The notes under the pieces were generated by a model. The model ran no database searches. It was not told the DNA's origin and was given only the letters and a program-made list of their open reading frames with translations. Below are positions 36,254 to 44,852 of a DNA stretch of 51,259 nucleotides, in pieces. Positions within the stretch are counted from its first letter, which is position 1. Every line of letters begins with the position of its first letter. Position numbers and translations under genes: made by a program. Source of the DNA: a virus (taxonomy: Duplodnaviria > Caudoviricetes); the IMG/VR virus record IMGVR_UViG_3300025785_000024, positions 1-51,259 of that record; one strand, given 5' to 3'.

Positions 36254-37071
36254 TTTCAGCCCGTGCCCTAGGGGTCTACATGTATCTACAAGAATCAGAG
36301 GCTAATATCAGCGCTGAGAACCTTGCTCGGATTTTTTCAGAGGGTCGCAAAACCATGCTGGCTGTCCTAAAGGAGCTCCGAGAGGCTGGCTACATTAAAA
36401 CCACTCGGGAGGTTATCAACGGCAAGTACATTACCGTTTCGCGGCTAACCGATGGGAGTCCCAAATCGGCACTTCTGATACAGCAGTCACAGCTGTATAG
36501 CAATTTAGTACTAAATACTAATACATTTATAAGTAAAAAAATAGGGTTTGGCGAAGCCAAACGGGGAGAAGAAGCGATGAATGATGAATGGAACTCATTA
36601 GGTCAAATAGAGCAAGACCCCGAGGAGATGGCCGAGCTCAAGCGCCGAGATAAAGAACGCCGTGACCGCGAGTACCGCGAGGCTCGCAACGCTAAGGCTG
36701 AAAAGGCTATGGCCGCCAATATCAATCGCGATCCAAACCATTGGTCCATAGACAACGCAGTCTTTGAGTTTGCCAACCGCATGGTCAGGTGGGACATAAC
36801 TCCGTGGGAGGGTTCTCGAGCGGTATTTAAAACGGCATACGCAAAAGCGCGAAAGAGCTATGGCACTACAGGCGATGTTGAGGTCAAGATGATGGACATC
36901 TTCTTTGGTCGGCTAGATCATGAGAAGAAGGTTAAGGACTCTGATATGGTCTGGCGGTTGTTCCTCAAGAACTTTGGTAGCCTGCAAATAGCGGCTCAGC
37001 AAAGTACAAGCGCCCCAGAAGAAGTAACCAAAGCTAAAGATGTATCTAAGCAACAGTTGGAGAGGTTTTAG
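36250..37071 (+). CDS. Probable replication initiator (N-terminal winged HTH)
   Basis: ISARALGVYMYL..SEGRK..LKELREAGYI; low-complexity linker; directly upstream of the DnaC-like loader. Confidence 0.65.
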   Translation: MISARALGVYMYLQESEANISAENLARIFSEGRKTMLAVLKELREAGYIKTTREVINGKYITVSRLTDGSPKSALLIQQSQLYSNLVLNTNTFISKKIGFGEAKRGEEAMNDEWNSLGQIEQDPEEMAELKRRDKERRDREYREARNAKAEKAMAANINRDPNHWSIDNAVFEFANRMVRWDITPWEGSRAVFKTAYAKARKSYGTTGDVEVKMMDIFFGRLDHEKKVKDSDMVWRLFLKNFGSLQIAAQQSTSAPEEVTKAKDVSKQQLERF

Positions 37072-37754
37072 TGTTCAAACTTGACGACTTAAAGATACGA
37101 CGTAAAGCCTGGGTTAAAGCCGCAAATATAAATCCAAATCGTCTTGGTTGGTTACTAGATGATTGCACTGTCATACATGCAGATGACCGTAAGAAGATTG
37201 ATGTTTGGATGGATGCTTTAGAGCGCGGAGACATTATTCGTTCTGCTGGTAACTCTAGGTGCGGTAAAGGATTACTTCTTTGGGGAGAGCCTGGCCACGG
37301 TAAGACCACACTAGCGCTCTCTATTATCCAAGAGATAATGACTCGTTTTCCTATTGAAGCTTTTGATGTTAAAGAGGGTCGTGTACTTATTCGTCCTTGT
37401 TACTTCATTACTTTTAACGACATACTCAACCTTAAAGGTGAGTTAATGGATGAAGCTGACGATGAAACTCAGATTTTATATCAAGGTATATTGGGTGACT
37501 GCCCAAATGACTCTTACAATATACGTGTACTGATTATTGATGACCTTGGTAAAGAGCACGCTTCTTTATCTGGTTGGCAGAAAAGTATGTTGCATCATGT
37601 GTTGCGCACACGCTTTAACAATGGATTGCCTACTATTGTTACTACAAACATTTCGTTAGACAATTGGGGTTACGTATACGGTGATGCTACCGAGAGTTTT
37701 GCTCACGAGTCGTTCCTGTACTTACCTATTGAAACATCGGATCTAAGAAAGTGA
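37071..37754 (+). CDS. DnaC/IstB-like AAA+ helicase loader
   Basis: Walker A GEPGHGKT, LIIDDLGKE, R..LPTIVTTN. Confidence 0.88.
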   Translation: MFKLDDLKIRRKAWVKAANINPNRLGWLLDDCTVIHADDRKKIDVWMDALERGDIIRSAGNSRCGKGLLLWGEPGHGKTTLALSIIQEIMTRFPIEAFDVKEGRVLIRPCYFITFNDILNLKGELMDEADDETQILYQGILGDCPNDSYNIRVLIIDDLGKEHASLSGWQKSMLHHVLRTRFNNGLPTIVTTNISLDNWGYVYGDATESFAHESFLYLPIETSDLRK

Positions 37755-38056
37755 GTAGAGCAATGACCACCAAGCTTATTCAGGTGTTTTTGAGTCAGAC
37801 TCAAACGCCTGGGCCAGGTATCTATGAAGTATCTGGAGATGAGCAAGGTAACCTGTTCTGTACCTGCCCCGGTTTTAGAGGCCGCAGTACTTGCAAGCAC
37901 TCACGCTTTGTTAAGTCTCGCATTGATAGCAACAACGGAACTTACCCATTAGAGATCTCAAGCCGCGCCACCGAAGAGGACGCCGCTAAAGCCAAGAAGT
38001 CAAGCAAAGACTTTAGAGAGTTTGTTATCAAGTACGGAAGGATTGAGGTCTACTAA
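37751..38056 (+). CDS. SWIM zinc-finger protein
   Basis: CTCPGF...CKH motif. Confidence 0.75.
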   Translation: MSRAMTTKLIQVFLSQTQTPGPGIYEVSGDEQGNLFCTCPGFRGRSTCKHSRFVKSRIDSNNGTYPLEISSRATEEDAAKAKKSSKDFREFVIKYGRIEVY

Positions 38057-38464
38057 ATGAAGAACGGGGACATCAGTAATGAGCTCCCCAAGAGAATACT
38101 CGTTACAACAGACGCGTTTTCAATTGTGGAATCTAGTATTACAAAACGGTTTAAAATAATACCTAAGGTACATAGAGAGCTAAAGCTACGTAAAGACATC
38201 CTTAGTAAGTTTTATTTGTACACCACGCGCAAAGGGGTCACCCTTGAGCTGATTTCATATGAGATTAACTCAGAGGACCTTGAAGAGTTGATGCTTACTT
38301 TAGATGCGATGGGTACTAACCCATTTCGCTACTCAAGAGCCTATGACTCTATAGAGGCTGTGATGCAAGACTTGCCATACAGACCTGAAGTTCTTGGCGT
38401 TATAGATCAACCAAAAAATCTGCTACGGTACGGTCACTGGGGAATGGACTTTAACTATCTATGA
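38057..38464 (+). CDS. Hypothetical protein
   Basis: 135 aa, coupled within the replication operon. Confidence 0.65.
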   Translation: MKNGDISNELPKRILVTTDAFSIVESSITKRFKIIPKVHRELKLRKDILSKFYLYTTRKGVTLELISYEINSEDLEELMLTLDAMGTNPFRYSRAYDSIEAVMQDLPYRPEVLGVIDQPKNLLRYGHWGMDFNYL

Positions 38465-39693
38465 ACAATGAAGCTTATCTAATAAGCAAGATCATTACTG
38501 AAAAGAGTATTGGTTACGCCCTTGAGCGCGGAATTACTGAAGAGTGGTTTGCTGACACTGAAGAAAAGAATCTTTATAGGTTCTTACAGCATCACTACAC
38601 TGAATACCAAGAGTGCCCTAGCTTAGAGATCATCCAGTCTAACTTTAGAAACTACACTCCCCCAGTAGTTGAAGACCACATTGATTACTTCATTGATAAG
38701 TTAGTAGAAGGTCGTCGTAAGGCTTTAATTATTAATACGATGATTGATGCTAGTCAGTCACTTGAATCTAAGAAGCTTAATGCGCATGAAGACGCGCTTA
38801 TTAAATTACAACAAGGCTTTGCTCTACTAGAGCAGTCTGGTCTTGGTTCTACTAACGACCTTGAAATTAGAAAGGCTGCTAAGTCTGCTATGGAAGAGTA
38901 CATAAACCGTAAGAACAGTCCAGGGTTACTAGGTCTACCTACCGGCTTTCCAACTATGGATGCTTCTACCTCAGGCCTACAACCAGGTCAGCTAGTAGTT
39001 ATTGTTGCACCCCCTAAGACAGGTAAGTCAACGCTTGCTTTGCAGATAGCTATTAACTGTCACCTTAATGGTCACAAGCCTATGTTCATGTCATTTGAGA
39101 TGAGCAACAACGAGCAGAAGACTCGTTACTACGCTATGCGTGCTCGCATCTCTCACAAACGACTTATGACAGGAACCCTTACCGCTGAAGAAGAGCAGCG
39201 TTATGAGCGTATTGTTACTAGCATTCAAGATATGAATGATGACTTCTGGTTTACAGACTCCTCTAGCGGTTTAACCGTAAGTGCCGTTGCCAGCAAGATT
39301 CAAGGAAAGAACCCAGATATTGTCTTTATTGATGGAACCTACCTTATGTTTGATGAGGTAACTGGTGAGTCCAATACTCCACAGGCAATTACGCAGATTA
39401 CTCGTAACCTTAAGCGCTTAGCCATGAAGATTAACAAGCCTGTTGTTATCTCTACTCAGGCTCTTGCATGGAAGATGAAGAAGGGTCAAGTAAGCGCAGA
39501 CTCTATTGGTTACTCCTCATCCTTCCACCAAGATGCCGATGTTATCTTTGGTCTTCAGCGCGAAGATGAGAACGTAGATGACACTCGTTTACTACGCGTT
39601 ATTGCTAGCCGTAACTCTGGACTTAGCGAAGTCTCCCTTATGTGGGATTGGAACACTGGCGCTTTTAGAGAGATGGATAACAACGACCTATGA
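38461..39693 (+). CDS. dnaB: Replicative DNA helicase, DnaB family
   Basis: GLPTGF, GLQPGQL, APPKTGKS, SFEM, VFIDG, QDADVI, ASRN. Confidence 0.93.
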   Translation: MNNEAYLISKIITEKSIGYALERGITEEWFADTEEKNLYRFLQHHYTEYQECPSLEIIQSNFRNYTPPVVEDHIDYFIDKLVEGRRKALIINTMIDASQSLESKKLNAHEDALIKLQQGFALLEQSGLGSTNDLEIRKAAKSAMEEYINRKNSPGLLGLPTGFPTMDASTSGLQPGQLVVIVAPPKTGKSTLALQIAINCHLNGHKPMFMSFEMSNNEQKTRYYAMRARISHKRLMTGTLTAEEEQRYERIVTSIQDMNDDFWFTDSSSGLTVSAVASKIQGKNPDIVFIDGTYLMFDEVTGESNTPQAITQITRNLKRLAMKINKPVVISTQALAWKMKKGQVSADSIGYSSSFHQDADVIFGLQREDENVDDTRLLRVIASRNSGLSEVSLMWDWNTGAFREMDNNDL

Positions 39694-40616
39694 CAGTAGA
39701 AGAGATGCAGGAAACTCTTGCCGACCTTGGCATTAAGGTCATTGGAACTCGTGGTTGGGAAGTGCAAGGGGAATGCCCAGCACATGAGGAACGAACAGGG
39801 CATCCAGATCGTAACCCCTCTTGGTATATCAACGCGGACTCTGGCGCTCACATATGCTTTTCATGCGGGTTTAAGGGAAATCTTTATTCACTAGTTGCCT
39901 ATGTACGAGGTGTTCCGTTAGATCAGGCTACCGACTGGGCAAACACTAACCTGAACTTAGTAGCTCGTCTTATGCGCTTAACCGAACCCGAGAAAGCGCA
40001 AGCAGAAGAGACAGTAAGAGTTACTGAATCAATGCTCAGCGCTTTTGTAGATGTGCCGGCTGAAGCTTTGCAAGCAAGAGGTCTCACACGTGAAGCCGCT
40101 AATCTATACGGTATTCGTTGGGACAGACATAACGGTAACTGGATTATTCCTGTGCGACATGTGTATGGTACTTTACTAGGCTGGCAAGAAAAAGGATTTA
40201 GTACACGATATTTTAACAATCACCCAAAAGGTATGAAAAAGGGCAAAGCACTTTTTGGTTATCAACAGTACAAATCGGGTGACATGATTGTTGTTGAGTC
40301 TCCATTAGACGTTGTACGGTTAGCCTCAATAGGTATACCAGGCGGAGTTGCTACTTTTGGCTGCTCAATCACTATTGAACAGCTAAGCGCAATACGTGGA
40401 GCTGACCGCATAATCTTTGCTTTAGACAATGATGAGGCTGGCAGAGTAGCCTCTAGAGATATGATTATTCGCTGCCGAGAGTTAAAAGCTGAAGCATGGT
40501 TCTTTAACTATAAGGACACTGACGTTAAAGATGTTGGCGCTATGAGTCGAGCAGAAGTAGTATCCGGTTTACAGAACGCACAGCACATGATTCGTGGAGA
40601 GAAGGCTATTGCATGA
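39690..40616 (+). CDS. dnaG: DNA primase (CHC2 zinc finger + TOPRIM)
   Basis: CPAH..CFSCG, VVESPLD, ALDNDEAG, KDVG. Confidence 0.92.
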   Translation: MTVEEMQETLADLGIKVIGTRGWEVQGECPAHEERTGHPDRNPSWYINADSGAHICFSCGFKGNLYSLVAYVRGVPLDQATDWANTNLNLVARLMRLTEPEKAQAEETVRVTESMLSAFVDVPAEALQARGLTREAANLYGIRWDRHNGNWIIPVRHVYGTLLGWQEKGFSTRYFNNHPKGMKKGKALFGYQQYKSGDMIVVESPLDVVRLASIGIPGGVATFGCSITIEQLSAIRGADRIIFALDNDEAGRVASRDMIIRCRELKAEAWFFNYKDTDVKDVGAMSRAEVVSGLQNAQHMIRGEKAIA

Positions 40617-41161
40617 TTATCGGTCTAACAGGTTACGCTAGAAGTGGTAAAGACTCAGTAGCAAAAGTTCTTGTAGATCATTACGGATTTATCCGCTTGG
40701 CATTTGCTGACCCAATTCGAGACCTTCTTTTAGAAGTAAACCCAATCCTTGATAAAGGTAATCGTCTTAGTTCATTAGTAGATGAGTATGGCTGGGATAT
40801 AGCTAAAGCTCAACCAGAAGTTAGAAGACTTTTACAGACTCTGGGAGTAGGTGCCCGTAAGGTATTTGGAGAAACCCATTGGATAGATCAGACTCTAAAG
40901 CATATTCCACCAGTGGCTTATTACTTAAATAATTTTGTTATAACAGATGTTCGTTTTAAAAATGAAGCAGATGCCATTAAAAATAACGTACATGTTTCAA
41001 GTCATATTTGGCGCGTAGAGCGCCCAGGTGTAGGCGCTATTAACAATCATATATCTGAGTCTGAAATGTCGACATTTACTGTAGACCAGATCTTTACTAA
41101 TAACGGTACTATTGAGGACCTTGAACTAATGATCAAGACTTGGATGAACGGCTTAAAGTGA
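40613..41161 (+). CDS. Deoxynucleoside monophosphate kinase
   Basis: IIGLTGYARSGKD, AFAD, RRLLQ.LG, ITDVRF.NE, HISE. Confidence 0.9.
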   Translation: MIIGLTGYARSGKDSVAKVLVDHYGFIRLAFADPIRDLLLEVNPILDKGNRLSSLVDEYGWDIAKAQPEVRRLLQTLGVGARKVFGETHWIDQTLKHIPPVAYYLNNFVITDVRFKNEADAIKNNVHVSSHIWRVERPGVGAINNHISESEMSTFTVDQIFTNNGTIEDLELMIKTWMNGLK

Positions 41162-41487
41162 GCCCTTACATTGATAAAGATGTAATGAAGAAATACCAAA
41201 GAAACTGGATGCGCAATCGTCGTCAACTTTGGGTAGATTCTCACGGCCCCTGCGCACACTGCGGCGGTTCTGATAGACTTCAGGTAGACCATATTGACCC
41301 ATCTAAAAAGACCATGAACCCCGCAAAACTTTGGTCCATGTCTGATAAAAATAACAAAAAAATAGCGGAACTTGAAAACTGTCAAGTGCTTTGTCACGCT
41401 TGCCACTGGAAAAAGACTCTAAAAGAAAGAAGGGAGCGTAAAGAATCAAATGACTTTTACGGGGACTCTCCTTCCATACCAACCTGA
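41158..41487 (+). CDS. Free-standing HNH endonuclease
   Basis: CAHCG..LQVDHIDP..NCQVLCHACH; GTGA overlap at the start. Confidence 0.85.
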   Translation: MSPYIDKDVMKKYQRNWMRNRRQLWVDSHGPCAHCGGSDRLQVDHIDPSKKTMNPAKLWSMSDKNNKKIAELENCQVLCHACHWKKTLKERRERKESNDFYGDSPSIPT

Positions 41488-43039
41488 GGCAGTAGACCGC
41501 ATGTGCGACCGCTCTAGCATGCTGGTTGCCTATGACTTGGGTTTGGGTAAGACTGTTATTACCATAGCCGCTATAGAACGCTTGATGGATGAGCGGAAAA
41601 TAGATGAGCCAGGCCTTATCATTTGCTTATCCTCACTTAAATACCAGTGGGCTAACCAGATTGAGAAGTTTACAGATGGCACTTCACGCGCTTTGGTCAT
41701 TGATGGCACCCCGTCTAAAAGAGAAGCCCAATACGAAGAGGCTTATGATTGGCGTAACTCTGGGGTTGATTACATTGTTCTTAACTATGAACAAGTGGTC
41801 AACGATTGGAAGTTCGTCGAAAGACTTCCTAGAGGATTTGTAGTACTAGACGAGGCTACGGCCATTAAATCGTTTAAGTCTAAGCGATCTAAGCAGGTTA
41901 AGAAGTTAATTCAGACCCCCTATCGCTTTGCTCTTACGGGCACTCCTATTGAAAATGGTAAGCCTGAAGAGCTGTACTCCATCATGCAATTTGTTGACCC
42001 TTCTGTTCTTGGTCGCTTTGACATCTTTGACTCAGCTTTTATTGTAAGAAATAGCTGGGGCGGCGTTGATTACTATAGAAACTTATCCACCCTACACACC
42101 ACTATGAAAGCCGCCTCTGTTCGTAAAGCTCAGAAAGATCCAGATGTAGCTCCTTACCTTCCAGAGACCATTCATCAAGACCCAATCAAGATTAGCTTTG
42201 ATCGTAAAACAAGCAAGCTTTACTCCAAGATTGTAAATGACCTTTTGTTTGACTTAGAAGAGGCTCAGACTTTATTTGGGGCGTCCTTTAATGTCTTTTC
42301 TCATTACGGCTTAGAGTCTTCACGAGGAGGCCCTGAAGATGAGATGCGTGGCAAGATCATGTCTAAGATTGGTTGCCTAAAGATGCTCTGCTCTCACCCA
42401 GACCTGCTCCGTACTAGCTCTAGTAAGTTTGAGTTGATGAATGGAGAAGGCTCTGCATACGCAAATGAGCTGGTTATTGGAGGTGCCCTTGAGGGTGTTA
42501 CTAGCTCACCTAAGCTTGACTACCTAGTTCAGTATGTAAAAGACTTTCTAGAGCAGAATGACGAAAATAAGGTAGTTATCTTTGCTACCTATGTAGACAT
42601 GCTGGACATGATTGCTGACGCTTTGGGCCGAGAACAATGCCGCCTTTATTCAGGCAAGTTAGACGCTAAGACTAAAGAGACTAACAAGATTGCTTTTAAT
42701 ACAGACCCCGCTGTGCGTGTTCTTATATCTAGTGACGCTGGTGGTTATGGGGTGGATCTACCTGCCGCTAATCTATTGATTAACTATGACCTGCCATGGA
42801 GCTCAGGCACAGCCGTCCAACGCAATGGTCGTATCAAGCGCGCCTCTAGTCTGTGGCCTTCTATTGTTATTACTGACATCATTGCTACAGGCTCTATTGA
42901 GCAGCGCCAATGGGAAGTTTTACAGCAGAAGAACGCCTTAGCCAATGCTGTTATTGATGGTGAGGGCATAACTGAGGACGGCGGAGTAGAAATGAGCGCT
43001 GGTAGCTTAAAGCAGTTCTTACAGAGTTCTATTGTATAA
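41450..43039 (+). CDS. SNF2-family helicase
   Basis: DLGLGKT, DEAT, LTGTP, SSDAGGYGVDL, NYDLPW, QRNGRI.R. Confidence 0.92.
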   Translation: MTFTGTLLPYQPEAVDRMCDRSSMLVAYDLGLGKTVITIAAIERLMDERKIDEPGLIICLSSLKYQWANQIEKFTDGTSRALVIDGTPSKREAQYEEAYDWRNSGVDYIVLNYEQVVNDWKFVERLPRGFVVLDEATAIKSFKSKRSKQVKKLIQTPYRFALTGTPIENGKPEELYSIMQFVDPSVLGRFDIFDSAFIVRNSWGGVDYYRNLSTLHTTMKAASVRKAQKDPDVAPYLPETIHQDPIKISFDRKTSKLYSKIVNDLLFDLEEAQTLFGASFNVFSHYGLESSRGGPEDEMRGKIMSKIGCLKMLCSHPDLLRTSSSKFELMNGEGSAYANELVIGGALEGVTSSPKLDYLVQYVKDFLEQNDENKVVIFATYVDMLDMIADALGREQCRLYSGKLDAKTKETNKIAFNTDPAVRVLISSDAGGYGVDLPAANLLINYDLPWSSGTAVQRNGRIKRASSLWPSIVITDIIATGSIEQRQWEVLQQKNALANAVIDGEGITEDGGVEMSAGSLKQFLQSSIV

Positions 43040-43046
43040 TTGATGA
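43035..43046 (+). promoter_or_regulatory. Leaderless promoter -10 box (TATAAT)
   Basis: TATAAT-N6-ATG(43047). Confidence 0.6.
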
Positions 43047-43211
43047 ATGCCTAACGCACCTAAGACACCGACCCGTACCATCCGCGTCTCGGATGATATT
43101 TGGCTTGCCGTTCAGAAGAAGGCCGCTAAAGAGGGCGTTACAGTTACTAGCATTATTATCAAGGCGCTAGAAAGCTACATCAAGGTTGACAATCCTCTAG
43201 AAGATAACTAA
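43047..43211 (+). CDS. Ribbon-helix-helix DNA-binding protein, 54 aa
   Basis: MPNAPKTPTRTIRVSDDIWLAVQKKAAKEGVTVTSIIIKALESYI; not in the ORF track. Confidence 0.8.
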   Translation: MPNAPKTPTRTIRVSDDIWLAVQKKAAKEGVTVTSIIIKALESYIKVDNPLEDN

Positions 43212-43214
43212 TGT
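43186..43214 (+). promoter_or_regulatory. SigmaA/sigma70-type promoter
   Basis: TTGACA-N17-TAATGT upstream of 43235. Confidence 0.75.
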
Positions 43215-43234
43215 GGTGCCCCTAGGGGGTACTA

Positions 43235-43639
43235 ATGAATATAGAAGAGTTAAAGAAAAACGCTCGTCAGTTTCTAGCATTAAAGACTGAGATGGGCATG
43301 CTGGCAGATCGCCAAAGCGAACTTAAGAGTCGCATGACTCAAGACATAGACACTCTTGAACCTGATGATAAAGGCCATAGGGTTATATCTTTTGAGGACG
43401 CCATTATGGGCAATATAAAGGTCACTAAGCAGCGCCGTGTATCCAAGAACTTAGACATGAACGTTGCAGAGCAAATCCTCACCGATAAAGGTATAAAGAA
43501 CACCTGTATCAAGATGGTTCCTGTGCTAGATGAGGCCGCAATTATGGCCGCCTTTTACGAAGGTTACCTAACTGAATCTGACATTGACACAATGTTTCCT
43601 GCAAAGGAGACCTTTGCGTTTATTGTAGAGAATAAATGA
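43235..43639 (+). CDS. Hypothetical protein with N-terminal coiled coil (Gam/gp157-like architecture)
   Basis: Helical hairpin followed by VTKQRRVSKNLD..VLDEAAI; functional call is tentative. Confidence 0.55.
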   Translation: MNIEELKKNARQFLALKTEMGMLADRQSELKSRMTQDIDTLEPDDKGHRVISFEDAIMGNIKVTKQRRVSKNLDMNVAEQILTDKGIKNTCIKMVPVLDEAAIMAAFYEGYLTESDIDTMFPAKETFAFIVENK

Positions 43640-44109
43640 CAGACGACTTTATTGATCAGGCTTTTGCTGACCTTGATGAGTACTACCCAGGCAGTAAAAA
43701 GAAGCGCAAGGCAGTAGCCAAGAAAGACCCAGAGATTGTTGTGTCTAAGAACTGGGACTCTAATCCAACTAAGCGCACGCTGCCTAATGGTAAAGACGTT
43801 GAGTTGTTTCTTATTGGGTCTCTAGCATCTGCCTTAGGCAGGCCTATCATTACAATTCGTACATGGATTAAAGAGGGTTACCTACCCTCAGCACCCTACA
43901 GACTTCCCGTTAAAAAAGACATTAATGGGAAAGACCATCAAGGACGTAGGCTCTACTCTCGAGCCATGATTGAAGCGGTCATTGAGCGCTTTGACAAGGC
44001 TGGAATTTTAGAGACAAAACGTATAGACTGGTCTCAACATCAGCACCTCAGTAATGAGATCGCTGAAGCGTGGAGTAACATCCGGGCTGATGAAACAAAA
44101 TCAAACTAA
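43636..44109 (+). CDS. MerR-like HTH DNA-binding protein
   Basis: FLIGSLASALGR..TIRTWIKEGYLP..RRLYS. Confidence 0.75.
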   Translation: MTDDFIDQAFADLDEYYPGSKKKRKAVAKKDPEIVVSKNWDSNPTKRTLPNGKDVELFLIGSLASALGRPIITIRTWIKEGYLPSAPYRLPVKKDINGKDHQGRRLYSRAMIEAVIERFDKAGILETKRIDWSQHQHLSNEIAEAWSNIRADETKSN

Positions 44110-44122
44110 CAAAGGAAAAACA

Positions 44123-44785
44123 ATGTCAGTAAATCGCACAGAAGAATACCTACCAGCCACTGACGAGTTCAGTGCATCTGCTATCAATGACCGCCCAGCG
44201 CAGTCAACCTCAACAGCAATCCAATCAGGTTGGGAAGCTGGAGAAAAGATCACACCTGTATCACAGGGATACGCCAAAGACTTTAAGTTTACCGATGGCG
44301 GCTTCCAGGTAGTTAAGTTCCTTGATCAAGACGGTCCGTTTGCTGTCTACAAGCAACACTTCCTTACCAACAAAGAAGGACAGAAGTCCTACATCTCCCT
44401 TGGGTCTAATGATCCTCTCTGCATCAAGCTTGGTAGCAAGCCAGAAGAGAAGCGTGCTTTCTCTATTGTCAACCTATCTGCTGAGGGCGGACCGCAACGT
44501 CAGATGCTTATTGCATCTCCACGTTTGTGGAAGGCACTACATGCAGCACACTTCTCCCCACAAGGTCCATTGACCCGTAACTATTGGGCAGTAAGTCGCA
44601 CAGGTAAGCAACAGACAACTGCTTATCACATTAACCCAGTAAAGGGCCGTGACTTGATGGAAGACTGGCAGATTGACGAGGCTGCTTCAGACGCTTTCGT
44701 TGCATCAGTTCAGCCGTATACACGCGCTGACATCAAGACACCTACTTGGGATGAGCTAGAGGCTATCGCAGACTCTTTGCTCTAA
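44123..44785 (+). CDS. Probable single-stranded DNA-binding protein
   Basis: ATG 44123 with SD aaagga; VKFLD..PF..YKQHF, DPLC and YWAVSRTG motifs; lies upstream of the polymerase. Confidence 0.6.
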   Translation: MSVNRTEEYLPATDEFSASAINDRPAQSTSTAIQSGWEAGEKITPVSQGYAKDFKFTDGGFQVVKFLDQDGPFAVYKQHFLTNKEGQKSYISLGSNDPLCIKLGSKPEEKRAFSIVNLSAEGGPQRQMLIASPRLWKALHAAHFSPQGPLTRNYWAVSRTGKQQTTAYHINPVKGRDLMEDWQIDEAASDAFVASVQPYTRADIKTPTWDELEAIADSLL

Positions 44786-44798
44786 AACACACATAGCT

Positions 44799-44838
44799 GT
44801 TAGAGGCCGATGACCCCCTTCCATCGGTCTCTAACTTT
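44799..44838 (+). terminator. 14-bp hairpin between SSB and polymerase (attenuator or regulatory)
   Basis: GTTAGAGGCCGATG-acccccttc-CATCGGTCTCTAAC (one G-U pair) followed by ttt. Confidence 0.6.
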
Positions 44839-44852
44839 ATAGGGGACACAAT

